64,000 bases of DNA from Candidatus Daviesbacteria bacterium (lineage in GTDB: Bacteria; Patescibacteriota; Microgenomatia; Daviesbacterales; UBA10151). The stretch is from contig JACPEW010000020.1 of NCBI GenBank assembly GCA_016183305.1, forward strand, positions 4,247-68,246, read 5' to 3'. Under the pieces are notes generated by a model. It had not been told where the DNA came from, did not search any database, and saw only the letters and a program-made list of their open reading frames with translations. The position numbers and the translations under genes were made by a program. The stretch's first letter is position 1, and the number at the start of each line of letters is the position of its first letter. This document shows positions 31,099 through 40,759 of this stretch, piece by piece.

Positions 31099-31488
31099 TT
31101 ATTTTTCTCTTCTCCGGAGGTTAGTTAGCTTGTGGATTTTTGGCAACTTAATAAGTTCCTTTCTCTGGTTCTTTTTAAAGTAGCTGACAAGTAATCCTAC
31201 AGAAATAATAATTAAAATACCTGTCACAATATTTAGTGAGTCCAGGGCTTGCAAAATTAAAAAGAAAATTAATCCTAAACTAATAGAAGAAGAAATAAAA
31301 ATATTTTTTAATATAATATTCAAAGTAAAGACAAATGCTAAATATAGAGGTATGAAAAACAGAGCAGTTTGATTAAGGTTTGCCTGGGTCAGGCTGTCAG
31401 GATAAGGGGTACTAAAAATAACAAATATAACAACTCCCCAAAATAATAAACCAGGAACAATCTTTTGAATTATTTTAAACATAAACAC
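31099..31488 (-). CDS. Four-TM hypothetical membrane protein
   Basis: Hydrophobic segments. Confidence 0.6.
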   Translation of the reverse strand: MFMFKIIQKIVPGLLFWGVVIFVIFSTPYPDSLTQANLNQTALFFIPLYLAFVFTLNIILKNIFISSSISLGLIFFLILQALDSLNIVTGILIIISVGLLVSYFKKNQRKELIKLPKIHKLTNLRRREK

Positions 31489-31539
31489 ATTCTAGCTTAA
31501 ATGCTTATTACTTCAAAAGGTGGTAAAATACCGGAGCTT

Positions 31540-32706
31540 ATGGATACCAATCCTACCACGACGATACTCGTTTGCCCTAATTGTAAAAAACAAATATCTA
31601 TTGATGAAGCGTTAAGGTCTCGACTGGAAGGTCAGATCAAAAATAATTTAAGAAACGAATTTAATCAAAAGTGGGTTGAAGAAAAGAAAAAGCTGGAGGA
31701 AAATTTGCAGGGTCAAATTGATGAGAAAACCAAAAAAGAAAAACTGGAACTTGAGAAGCGGTTGGAAAAGCAAAAGAAAGAGATAGATACATTTAGGGAA
31801 AATGAACTCACTCTCCGCAGAAAAACCCAGGAAATGGAAGAAAAAGAGAAAAATTTAGAGCTTGAAAAACAGCGTCAGATTGATGAGGAAAGAAAAAAAA
31901 TACAGGAAAAAACTGCGGAGGAGTTTATGGAAAAATTTCATCTTAAAGAAAAGGAGCATGAACAGCAAATGGAAGCAATGAAAAAATCTTTGGATGAAGC
32001 CCAAAGAAAAGCCAGTCAGGGCTCACAACAACTACAGGGAGAGGTTTTAGAACTTGAACTTGAAGGTATTTTAAAACAGGAATTTCCAGCTGATGAAATT
32101 ATTCCTGTTCCAAAAGGAGTCACCGGGGCGGATGTTATTCAAAAAATTAAAGATTTAAACGGCAGAGATTGTGGCATAATTATCTGGGAAAGCAAAAGAA
32201 CTAAAAATTGGACAGAAGGTTGGATACAAAAGCTGAAGGATGATCAGCGGGCTACTAAGGCAGATGTGGCAATAATTGTATCGAGTATTTTACCTGAAGG
32301 AGTGAAAAATTTTGTAACAAAGGATGGGATTCATATCACAAGTTTCGACGCGTTTATCAGTCTTGCGAAATTAGTCAGGTCATCCTTAGTTGATCTTCAG
32401 AAAACAAAACTTTCTACAGTGGATAAGAGCAATAAAATGGAAATTGTCTATACATATCTTTCCGGAATTGAATTTAGACAAAGGTTTGAGGCAATCATAG
32501 AAGCATTTACCGGAATGAAGGGAGATTTGGAAAAGGAAAAACTGCTTTATATCAAGGTTTGGGCGAAGAGGGAGAAACAAATTCAAAAGGTTGTTGGTAA
32601 TACTGCCGGCATGTATGGAGATTTGCAGGGACTGATGGGTGCGTCTTTGCCGGAAATAAAATTGTTGGATGTTGATGTTGAACTACTTGAAAGTCCGGAA
32701 GAATAA
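31540..32706 (+). CDS. DUF2130 coiled-coil protein
   Basis: CPNC, GSQQLQGEVLE, GADVIQ, IIWESKRTKNW. Confidence 0.85.
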   Translation: MDTNPTTTILVCPNCKKQISIDEALRSRLEGQIKNNLRNEFNQKWVEEKKKLEENLQGQIDEKTKKEKLELEKRLEKQKKEIDTFRENELTLRRKTQEMEEKEKNLELEKQRQIDEERKKIQEKTAEEFMEKFHLKEKEHEQQMEAMKKSLDEAQRKASQGSQQLQGEVLELELEGILKQEFPADEIIPVPKGVTGADVIQKIKDLNGRDCGIIIWESKRTKNWTEGWIQKLKDDQRATKADVAIIVSSILPEGVKNFVTKDGIHITSFDAFISLAKLVRSSLVDLQKTKLSTVDKSNKMEIVYTYLSGIEFRQRFEAIIEAFTGMKGDLEKEKLLYIKVWAKREKQIQKVVGNTAGMYGDLQGLMGASLPEIKLLDVDVELLESPEE

Positions 32707-35700
32707 TGGTTTCACCGCAATTTAAAAATCTATATTCCAAATTGAATACCAGACAAAAAGAGGCAGTTGATGAAATCGAGGGGCCGGTTATGGTAATTGC
32801 AGGTCCGGGCACAGGCAAGACTCAAATACTTACCTTAAGAATTGCTAATATCCTACTTAAGACTCAAGTTAACCCGGAAAATATTCTGGCTTTAACTTTT
32901 TCGGAAGCTGCCAGTTTTGAAATGAGGGACAGGCTTTCGGAAATTATCGGAACACCGGCCTTCAGAGCGGAAATTTCAACATTTCATTCTTTTTCAAACA
33001 GTATTATCAAAAATTATCCGGAGGAATTCCCCACTCTTTTATCTTCAGAACTTATTACCGAAATTGAACAGGTTGAGATTATTGAGAAATTGATCGGATC
33101 GTTGGATCTGCTTCTCCTTAAGCCTTTCGGAGAACCACTTTATTTTCTAAAAGATATATTGCAATCCATCAATGATCTAAAAAAAGAAGGGATAGTGCCG
33201 GAGAAGTTAAAAACTGCTGTTTTAAAACAGGAAAATGCTTTTACAAAAATAAAGGATTTGTATCACGAAAAAGGTAAGTACAAAGGGGAAATGAAAGGGC
33301 AGCACCAGACTCTTAAAAAAGATATTGAAAAAACAAAAGAATTTTTAAAAGTTTTTGAAAATTATCAGAAATCTTTAAGCGGGCAAAAAAAATATGATTT
33401 TAACGATATGCTTTTGGAGGTTATCAAAAGTTTGCAGTCCAATAAATCTTTACTTCTAAGAATACAGGAAAAATATCAATATATATTAATAGATGAGCAT
33501 CAGGATACCAATGCAGCGCAAAATAGACTTATTGAGCTGGTTGCGAGTTTTTATGAAATTCCTAATTTATTCGTAGTAGGAGATGCTAGTCAGGCAATTT
33601 ACCGTTTTCAGGGGGCTTCTTTGGAAAACTTCCTCTATTTTAAAAAAATTTATCCGGTTGCTAAGTTAATAAATCTAAAGATTAATTACCGGTCCCATCA
33701 AACTATTTTGGATGCATCAGGAAGCCTGATAGAAAAAAATATCAGCGCAAATGTTTTGCCTGCGGAAAATTTAGTATCCAGTCCTCAAAAAATGCCGGAG
33801 AAAATAAAAGTTGCGGAACTTTCCGGTTATGATCTGGAATACGAATATATAGCATCGGAAATCGGTAAACAGATTAAAAAAAATGATCCTTCTAAGATAG
33901 CAGTTTTGGCAAGAAGAAATATGGATCTTGCACCGCTTGCGCAAATTTTTAACAGGAAAGGTATTAAATTTGTAATCAGAGCAGATCAGGATATTCTAAA
34001 AGATCTTGAGATAGAAAAAATTCTGCTTATTTTTGAAGCCATCGGAAAACCTTTTGACGAAGAAACGCTTGTAAAAGTTTTACAGATAAATTTCTTGGGT
34101 ATTGATTCTTTTGACGTTTATAAAATAATAAGTTATTCAAGAAAACAGAAAATAAGTATTAATGAATTTATAAGGAAGATAAATGACAAGAATGGTAATA
34201 AGTTAGGATTGGAGAAACCTAATGCAATTATCAGTTTCTACAGGAAATATTCTAGTTGGATAAGCGGTAGCAATAATATTCCTTTTGATGAACTGTTTGT
34301 TGATGTGGTAAACGGATCAGGGTTTAAAGAATATTTTCTGCAGTCAGGGCAAAGGTATCAGATACTTAATAAATTAACCGCTCTTTTTGATGAAGTTAAA
34401 CTATATCTTAGTAAAAACCCCAAATTTAATTTAACAGATTTTTTGCATCTTCTGCAGACAGCGGAAAAACACAAAGTTTCCTGGAGGACAAAATATAATT
34501 TGTCTACGGAAGAGGGAACAAGGCTTATGACAGTGCATCAATCCAAAGGTTTGGAGTTTGAATCTGTATATATCATAAATTGTTTTGATGAAAGATGGGG
34601 TAATAGCAGAAAAAGGGGTACGAAGATAAAAATCCCCTGGGAATATTTGGGACAAAGTATTAAAGCGGATGTTTCTTTTGAAGAAATTGAAGACGAGCGA
34701 CGGCTTTTTTATGTTGGGATGACCAGGGCTAAAAAAAGCGTTTTACTAACATATTCTAAATACGGGATAGACGGAAAGGCGCAACTACCAAGTCAATTTC
34801 TACAGGAAATCAGCAGCAAGTTTTTAGAAAAAATAAATATTTCCGGGTTTGAAAAAAGTTTTAATAATGCTCAGGTTTTTAATCAACCGGAAAAAAAGGA
34901 AATTTCTCCAAAAGATAAAAAATATTTGCAGGGTCTTTTTTTGGAAAAAGGTCTGTCAGCAACAGGACTGGATAATTTTATCAAATGCCCCTGGAGATAT
35001 TTTTTCAGAAACCTTGTTTCCCTGCCGGAAAGGAAAGATAAAAATTTAATATTCGGGTCTGCAGTGCATTTTGCATTAAGCGCCTACATTAAATACGGAA
35101 AAATAAAAAAAAGAAGGTACCATTTCTTGATTGATAAATTCAGGGAATACTTAGACGGTCAACCTCTTTCCCAGGAAGAAGAAACAGAGTGTCTGACTAA
35201 GGGTGAAAAAGCGTTAAAACATTTTTATAAAGAGGCAATCCCGGCCTGGCCTGCAGATTTGCAAAGCGAAATGCCAATTAAGGGAGTGAAGTTTGCTGAA
35301 GGGATAATTCTTAATGGAAGATTGGATATGATCGAATTTTTGCCAGGTGATGGGGCGGTTCGGGTGCATGATTTTAAATCAGGTAAACCAAAAAACAGAT
35401 CACAAATTGACGGAAGCAAGAATACGAAAGATTACAATTATTTAAGACAACTGATTTTTTATAGAATACTGCTGGATAGATACAAAGAAGGATTAATGAA
35501 AATGAAAGAAGGTGTTATTGATTTTATAGAACCGGATGAAAAGCAAAGACTCAGAAGCGAGACTTTTTCAATCGGTGAATCAGAAGTACGCAGTTTGGAG
35601 CAGATGATAAAATCAGTTGGAGAGCAAATTATTAATTTGTCATTTTGGGATCAGACATGCGGAGAGAAAGATTGTGAATTTTGCTTATTACGGAAAATGG

Positions 35701-35708
35701 TTTTTTAA
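32706..35708 (+). CDS. UvrD-family helicase with C-terminal PD-(D/E)XK nuclease (AdnAB-like)
   Basis: AGPGTGKT, IDEHQD, SKGLEF, EDERRLFYVGMTRAK; KCP..YF, GRLD..HDFKSG, CxxC. Confidence 0.9.
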   Translation: MVSPQFKNLYSKLNTRQKEAVDEIEGPVMVIAGPGTGKTQILTLRIANILLKTQVNPENILALTFSEAASFEMRDRLSEIIGTPAFRAEISTFHSFSNSIIKNYPEEFPTLLSSELITEIEQVEIIEKLIGSLDLLLLKPFGEPLYFLKDILQSINDLKKEGIVPEKLKTAVLKQENAFTKIKDLYHEKGKYKGEMKGQHQTLKKDIEKTKEFLKVFENYQKSLSGQKKYDFNDMLLEVIKSLQSNKSLLLRIQEKYQYILIDEHQDTNAAQNRLIELVASFYEIPNLFVVGDASQAIYRFQGASLENFLYFKKIYPVAKLINLKINYRSHQTILDASGSLIEKNISANVLPAENLVSSPQKMPEKIKVAELSGYDLEYEYIASEIGKQIKKNDPSKIAVLARRNMDLAPLAQIFNRKGIKFVIRADQDILKDLEIEKILLIFEAIGKPFDEETLVKVLQINFLGIDSFDVYKIISYSRKQKISINEFIRKINDKNGNKLGLEKPNAIISFYRKYSSWISGSNNIPFDELFVDVVNGSGFKEYFLQSGQRYQILNKLTALFDEVKLYLSKNPKFNLTDFLHLLQTAEKHKVSWRTKYNLSTEEGTRLMTVHQSKGLEFESVYIINCFDERWGNSRKRGTKIKIPWEYLGQSIKADVSFEEIEDERRLFYVGMTRAKKSVLLTYSKYGIDGKAQLPSQFLQEISSKFLEKINISGFEKSFNNAQVFNQPEKKEISPKDKKYLQGLFLEKGLSATGLDNFIKCPWRYFFRNLVSLPERKDKNLIFGSAVHFALSAYIKYGKIKKRRYHFLIDKFREYLDGQPLSQEEETECLTKGEKALKHFYKEAIPAWPADLQSEMPIKGVKFAEGIILNGRLDMIEFLPGDGAVRVHDFKSGKPKNRSQIDGSKNTKDYNYLRQLIFYRILLDRYKEGLMKMKEGVIDFIEPDEKQRLRSETFSIGESEVRSLEQMIKSVGEQIINLSFWDQTCGEKDCEFCLLRKMVF

Positions 35709-35727
35709 CTATGATGAATTTTATATT

Positions 35728-35767
35728 TGTCATTGCGAGGCCCGTCAAAGGCGGATCGTGGCAATCT
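35728..35767. repeat. TGTCAT...ATCT REP-like element
   Basis: tgtcattgcgagg...cgtggcaatct. Confidence 0.65.
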
Positions 35768-35789
35768 TGATTGAGCTGGAAGGTATAAT

Positions 35790-36941
35790 ATGAGGATGTT
35801 TACCAGCCGCATCAACATAATTAGAGCTTACTTAAACAAGCAAAAACTTGATGCGGTTTTGATTTCTTCTGTTTTCAATATTACATACCTAACTGGGTTT
35901 TCTAATTTTTCCAAAGAAGAAAGGGAAGCATATTTACTGATTGGTAAGGATTTCCAATATATTATTACTGATGCCAGGTATTCAGAGGCAGTTAAAAGTG
36001 AAGTGCCTCATTTGATATTATTTGAAAGGGGTTATAAGCAATCTACAGAAGACCTTCTTAAAAAGCATAAAAAAGAAATTAAAAATTTGGGGATAGAGGA
36101 AGATGATTTAACTGTAGCAGAACATAAGTTACTCAAAAAACATTTTAAAACTATTAAACATTTAGATATTAAAACTCACCGGGCTATTAAAACCCTTGAA
36201 GAAATAGACAAAATTAAAAAAGCTGCTAAGTTAGGAGATAAAGCTTTTGAATATATTTTGGAAAAGATTAAACCAGGAGTTTCTGAAAAAGAAATTGCTT
36301 TTGAGCTGGAATCTTTTGTTAAAAAATATGGAGCAGATTTAAGCTTTCCTTCTATTGTAGCTTTTGGGAAAAATTCCGCGGTACCTCATCATCAAACAGG
36401 GAATACTAAATTAACTGGCAAAGGAGAATTTGTGTTGTTAGACTTTGGGGTAAAATACAAAAATTATTGTTCTGATATGACCAGGACTGTTTTTTTAGGA
36501 AAACCCTCAGAAAAACAACAAAAAATTTACCAGGCAGTTTTAGCAGCTCAACAAAAAGCGATAGATTTTATCAATAAAAAATTAAAGGCTGGTAAGGAAA
36601 TTAAGGCAGGTGAGGCAGATAAGGCAGCTAGGGATTATATTGTCTCTAAAGGTTATCCCGGTATTCCTCATTCGCTTGGACATGGGATTGGTCTAGAAGT
36701 TCATGAACATCCTTTTCTTTCTTCAAAAAGCAAAGAAGTTTTAAAGGAGGGGATGGTTTTTTCTATAGAGCCGGGTATTTATATTCCTGATTTTGGCCCG
36801 CCTCGCCCGTCTTTGGCGAGGCTTCGTGAGGCTCGCTTCGCGGGCGAAGCGGGAGGAGTAAGAATTGAGGATTTATTTGTTTTAGAAAAGGATAAGCTAA
36901 GTAACATAACTCACAGCCCAAAGCAAATAATTTCAATTTAA
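35790..36941 (+). CDS. pepP: Xaa-Pro aminopeptidase (M24B) with a 19-aa palindrome-derived insertion
   Basis: YCSDMTRT, HSLGHGIGLEVHE, IEPG...GVRIED. Confidence 0.92.
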   Translation: MRMFTSRINIIRAYLNKQKLDAVLISSVFNITYLTGFSNFSKEEREAYLLIGKDFQYIITDARYSEAVKSEVPHLILFERGYKQSTEDLLKKHKKEIKNLGIEEDDLTVAEHKLLKKHFKTIKHLDIKTHRAIKTLEEIDKIKKAAKLGDKAFEYILEKIKPGVSEKEIAFELESFVKKYGADLSFPSIVAFGKNSAVPHHQTGNTKLTGKGEFVLLDFGVKYKNYCSDMTRTVFLGKPSEKQQKIYQAVLAAQQKAIDFINKKLKAGKEIKAGEADKAARDYIVSKGYPGIPHSLGHGIGLEVHEHPFLSSKSKEVLKEGMVFSIEPGIYIPDFGPPRPSLARLREARFAGEAGGVRIEDLFVLEKDKLSNITHSPKQIISI

Positions 36942-36943
36942 AT

Positions 36944-37501
36944 TTACTTCTGGTAAAACCAAAAATTACCAGCCCCTTTAATATCCTTTGATAAACCTAC
37001 TTCTTTAGAAAAGTCTAATTTCTTAAAAGGCTTCCAATTAGGAAAATGATAAGTCTGGGTAATTATGATAGTGCCTTTTTTTAATTCTTTCTTTAATTTC
37101 TCTTCTAATTTTTTAACACCTTTATGTAATAGGTAAATATAAACAATATCAGCATCTCGGTAGGTTCTTTTAAAAACATCCTCATGATAGAACTCCACAT
37201 TCCCACATCGGAAGTGGGAAGCTAGTTTACTTGTTTGGTATTTAGAATATAAAACCCGTAGCCAGGATTGTTCTATACCAGTAGCATCTGCACCTAGTCT
37301 CGCTGCATGGATAACAACCCTGCCATCTCCTGACCCCAGCTCATAAAACTTTTTCCCTTTTTTAACCCCAGCCAATCTTAGGATCCTCCTAATAATATCT
37401 GAGTTAGTAGGCACATAAGGAGCATCAGATCCAGCAAACCAAGATAGGGCAATAAAGCATCCCAATAATATCCCTCCAGAAATTATTAATGTAATATCCA
37501 T
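36944..37501 (-). CDS. Class I SAM-dependent methyltransferase
   Basis: APYVPT, ELGSGDGRV, ADIVYIYL. Confidence 0.85.
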   Translation of the reverse strand: MDITLIISGGILLGCFIALSWFAGSDAPYVPTNSDIIRRILRLAGVKKGKKFYELGSGDGRVVIHAARLGADATGIEQSWLRVLYSKYQTSKLASHFRCGNVEFYHEDVFKRTYRDADIVYIYLLHKGVKKLEEKLKKELKKGTIIITQTYHFPNWKPFKKLDFSKEVGLSKDIKGAGNFWFYQK

Positions 37502-37651
37502 AATAAGTTAAAAATCAAAAGTAAAAAGTTAAAAGTATGGTAGTTCTGCTTTGCAGAACTTTTTAATTTTAAATTGTAATTTTGATTTTTGAGTCTTCGA
37601 AAAAATAGTCTTTTGAAGAAAGTATATTTTTGCATTTTAAATTTTGAATTA

Positions 37652-38662
37652 CTATTTTCCAAGTAGTTTTAACAAGAAAACCTTAATTGGTGTTAACCGG
37701 TCAATAGCAGTAAATGCTAAATAAATAGGCCAGTTAAATACCAAATCATAAGTACTAATATATTCTACTAACCTGCCACCATATCCCTGTTTAAATCTGT
37801 GGAATCCATACCAGGGGTCTTTTGGGTCTGCATCAGGGCCTAAAGCTCCCCACATATCAAACTTTTTTAAGCCTAATTTCTTGCCTAATTTAATTGCTTC
37901 CCAAGCTACTAAATTATTGGCCATTACCTCCTGATGGGCTTTGGAAGAACCACCATAAGGATAATAAAGAGTGTCTTTAAAATTAAGTAACATCCAGGCA
38001 GTTAGAGGTTGGTTCTTATAATAGGCAATAATCAATCTAACTAGTCCAACTTTTTTTAGAGTTTCCCAAACTTGTTGATGATAATATTGGTTGTGCCCAT
38101 GGTAACCCTGTCTTTTGGTGGTGTCAAAATAGAGTTTTAAATAATCCTTAAAAGCCGCGTCATCTGTTTTAGATTCTACCTTTACCCCATGTCTTTGTGC
38201 AACCCTAATATTATATCTGGTTTTAGAATGCATGTTTTTTAACAATTCCTCTTCTGATTTTGTTAAATCCAAAACAAAGTTATATTTGGTGAAAAGTGGT
38301 TTTGGTGATTTCGTGAATCCATCTGTAACTTGTAACCTGTCCCCTGAAACCTGTTCTATATCTGGCTCTATTTTGACAAAAGCACAATTATTTTTTTTAC
38401 CAATTTCTTTTAAAGCCTCAGCTAGTTGCTTATCTGGGTCTGGCCCTTTAGGCAAATAACCTATATATTGATTGGTAAAGGGAATTTTATGTAAAACTAG
38501 CTGGAAAGCTGCAGTTAATTTATTATTCTGGTAAATGCCATATCTTAAAACCGGAATATCTAAACTTTTTCTAAACTCTCCCCACTCCCAAGACTGAATT
38601 ACATGAGTAACTAACTTATTATATTGAGCTTTCTGTTTGTCAGTGATTGGTCGCAAATCCAT
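37652..38662 (-). CDS. FemABX-family peptidyltransferase
   Basis: QSWEWGEF, YLPKGP, KTRYNIR, YPYGGS, GFHRFKQGYGG. Confidence 0.9.
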   Translation of the reverse strand: MDLRPITDKQKAQYNKLVTHVIQSWEWGEFRKSLDIPVLRYGIYQNNKLTAAFQLVLHKIPFTNQYIGYLPKGPDPDKQLAEALKEIGKKNNCAFVKIEPDIEQVSGDRLQVTDGFTKSPKPLFTKYNFVLDLTKSEEELLKNMHSKTRYNIRVAQRHGVKVESKTDDAAFKDYLKLYFDTTKRQGYHGHNQYYHQQVWETLKKVGLVRLIIAYYKNQPLTAWMLLNFKDTLYYPYGGSSKAHQEVMANNLVAWEAIKLGKKLGLKKFDMWGALGPDADPKDPWYGFHRFKQGYGGRLVEYISTYDLVFNWPIYLAFTAIDRLTPIKVFLLKLLGK

Positions 38663-38674
38663 GCAACCATTATA

Positions 38675-39349
38675 CTAGAAGATTTGGATTTTAGCTTTAG
38701 AGCGGAGTTCTTGAAATTTTTGCTGGAATATTTGGGATAATTTTTGGTTTCTTAAAGCATCAGTTGCTTCTTTTTTCTGTCCAGCAGAATCTGTAGCTTT
38801 GAGCTGTTCGCTATTTTGTTCTATAAATTCTTCCACCTCTTGTGCAGAAACTGTAGCTTCTTTAGCATAAAGCTTTTCAATAGAAAGTTGGAGTTTAATC
38901 TGTTGTCTAATAGAATCCTTAGTTTGACCTTGTTGAGAAAGCAAAGCATTTAAAGCTTCTGCTCCGCCAATACTGGTTTCTATCTCGGATATTTTTTTGT
39001 TAACTTCTACTTCAGTTACTACAGCATTATTTTTAATTGCCTCGTTTAAAATAACTCTCTCATTAATTAGCTGATTTAAGACTTGAGTACGGAATTCTTT
39101 ATTTAAGCGCAGTTGTAGATCTAAATTAGTAATAGGAGAACTATTAACAGTAGCAGCAATAAACCAATTCTTTTTATATACAGCCAAAAGTAATAATACA
39201 GCAATGATTAAAACAATATAAAAAGTTTTGGATCTTCTAAAATTAATAACCTTATCTGAATAAGTATTTAGAAAATTATTTAACTTACCTCCCGGGATAA
39301 TTTCTAAATTTTGATTTTTGACCTTTGATTTTTGACCTTTTTTCACCAT
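38675..39349 (-). CDS. SurA/PrsA N-terminal domain protein
   Basis: TM, AATVNSSPIT, LNQLINERVI, LRSKAKIQIF. Confidence 0.8.
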   Translation of the reverse strand: MVKKGQKSKVKNQNLEIIPGGKLNNFLNTYSDKVINFRRSKTFYIVLIIAVLLLLAVYKKNWFIAATVNSSPITNLDLQLRLNKEFRTQVLNQLINERVILNEAIKNNAVVTEVEVNKKISEIETSIGGAEALNALLSQQGQTKDSIRQQIKLQLSIEKLYAKEATVSAQEVEEFIEQNSEQLKATDSAGQKKEATDALRNQKLSQIFQQKFQELRSKAKIQIF

Positions 39350-39406
39350 TGGCCGATAATAACAAAATTACTTGCATCTTGGCAATAGCTAACTTATGAT
39401 GATTGT

Positions 39407-40057
39407 ATGCACTTCGACTATGCTCAGTGTAAACAAAAAGGCTCTGTCCAGCTTTTGGTAATTATTGCGATTCTACTGTTTATTGGCGGAAGTGTAGTAT
39501 ATTTTCTCTCAAGTCAGAAGAAAAACAAAGAAACCCTGCCTACTCCATATAATAGTTATAACAATTATTCTAACCAATCCTTGGGTTTTGAGTTTCAGTA
39601 TGCAGACAAAGCCTTAGCAGTTAAAGGAGATTCAGAAGAAGAATTTAATAAACGGGGTAATGGTAATTTTAGAAAAAATTTTAAAGGTTATGTTGGCTAT
39701 GAACCAGGAAAGCCTCTAGGAGCTGTAGCAGTTTTAGATAAAACAGCTTCTTATGAAACTAATCCTTTTTCTGTTTGGGTTTTTGATAATCCTAATGAGT
39801 TGGCTGTTGATAAGTGGTTTGATAATTACTGGTATTACCCTTTTGTTTGGGGAGTATTTGATTGGACTTCAAAGAGCCATATTGCTCCGGATACAGAAGC
39901 AACAATCAGCGGTCAATTAGCTAAATCTAAAATTATTGCTTATCAACCTGGCAAGCCAAAGTTTATCTACATAAAAAATAAAGATAAGATGTATTTGATT
40001 AGGCTATTTGAAGGTGAAGGGGATAAATTGCTTTCTACTTTTAAGTTTTTAGAGTAG
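39407..40057 (+). CDS. Hypothetical exported protein
   Basis: N-terminal TM; LGFEFQY...STFKF. Confidence 0.65.
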   Translation: MHFDYAQCKQKGSVQLLVIIAILLFIGGSVVYFLSSQKKNKETLPTPYNSYNNYSNQSLGFEFQYADKALAVKGDSEEEFNKRGNGNFRKNFKGYVGYEPGKPLGAVAVLDKTASYETNPFSVWVFDNPNELAVDKWFDNYWYYPFVWGVFDWTSKSHIAPDTEATISGQLAKSKIIAYQPGKPKFIYIKNKDKMYLIRLFEGEGDKLLSTFKFLE

Positions 40058-40744
40058 ATAAATATCGATAAAACGGGCCCGCCAGCCAGCAGTTCTGGCA
40101 TCCTCAAAACCTAAATCAATAATATTGCCCTTAATTGCTCCCCCTGTATCTCCAGCAACAGCCATACCGTATCCAGGAATATAAACCTTGCTTCTTAGGC
40201 GAATAACTTTAGGATCAACTGCAATTACTCCTTTGCCTGCCCTCATGCCTATGGCTGTCCACTCATCACAGCCCTTACAACGTGAATCATAATGGGTGGC
40301 ATAAACCCGCATTTTCTTCCAGTATTTTATTTGTCCATCAGCTGTATCTAGAGTTTTCCAAACGATTTTAGTGCCTCTTAAAATTTTCTTATCTTTGGCT
40401 GGAATAGTTTCAACTGATACTAATTCTCTTTCAAATTCTTTGCCGTCTAAAGAGTAAGTAACTTTAAAAATTTTAGTTTTTTTACCATCACTACCTTCTT
40501 CCACAACTTTTTCTTCTCCTGCTTCAGTTTCTGGATCATCCTGGTAGACTACTTTTTTAGTTATAGCTTCACTTTCTTCCTGTAATTTAATTGTAAAGGA
40601 AGACTCGGTAGTAACAGGTTGGTTTATAGGTAAAATTTCTGTAGGAGAAAGAGTAGAGGTGCCTAAAACAGCAGGGGGCTGCCAAAAGGTTTTAGCAAAT
40701 ATGGTTAAGATAATGATTAAAAGAGCGCCTAAATAGCGTTCCAT
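40049..40744 (-). CDS. G5 + 3D domain protein
   Basis: G5-like segment; IAVDPKVI..VYIPGYG..AGDTGGAIKGNIIDL. Confidence 0.88.
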   Translation of the reverse strand: MERYLGALLIIILTIFAKTFWQPPAVLGTSTLSPTEILPINQPVTTESSFTIKLQEESEAITKKVVYQDDPETEAGEEKVVEEGSDGKKTKIFKVTYSLDGKEFERELVSVETIPAKDKKILRGTKIVWKTLDTADGQIKYWKKMRVYATHYDSRCKGCDEWTAIGMRAGKGVIAVDPKVIRLRSKVYIPGYGMAVAGDTGGAIKGNIIDLGFEDARTAGWRARFIDIYLL

Positions 40745-40759
40745 ATTTAGTTTAGACTA

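Noticed and set aside
30230..35708. Prophage
   Set aside because: BRO-N and the helicase have no structural, terminase or integrase genes nearby.
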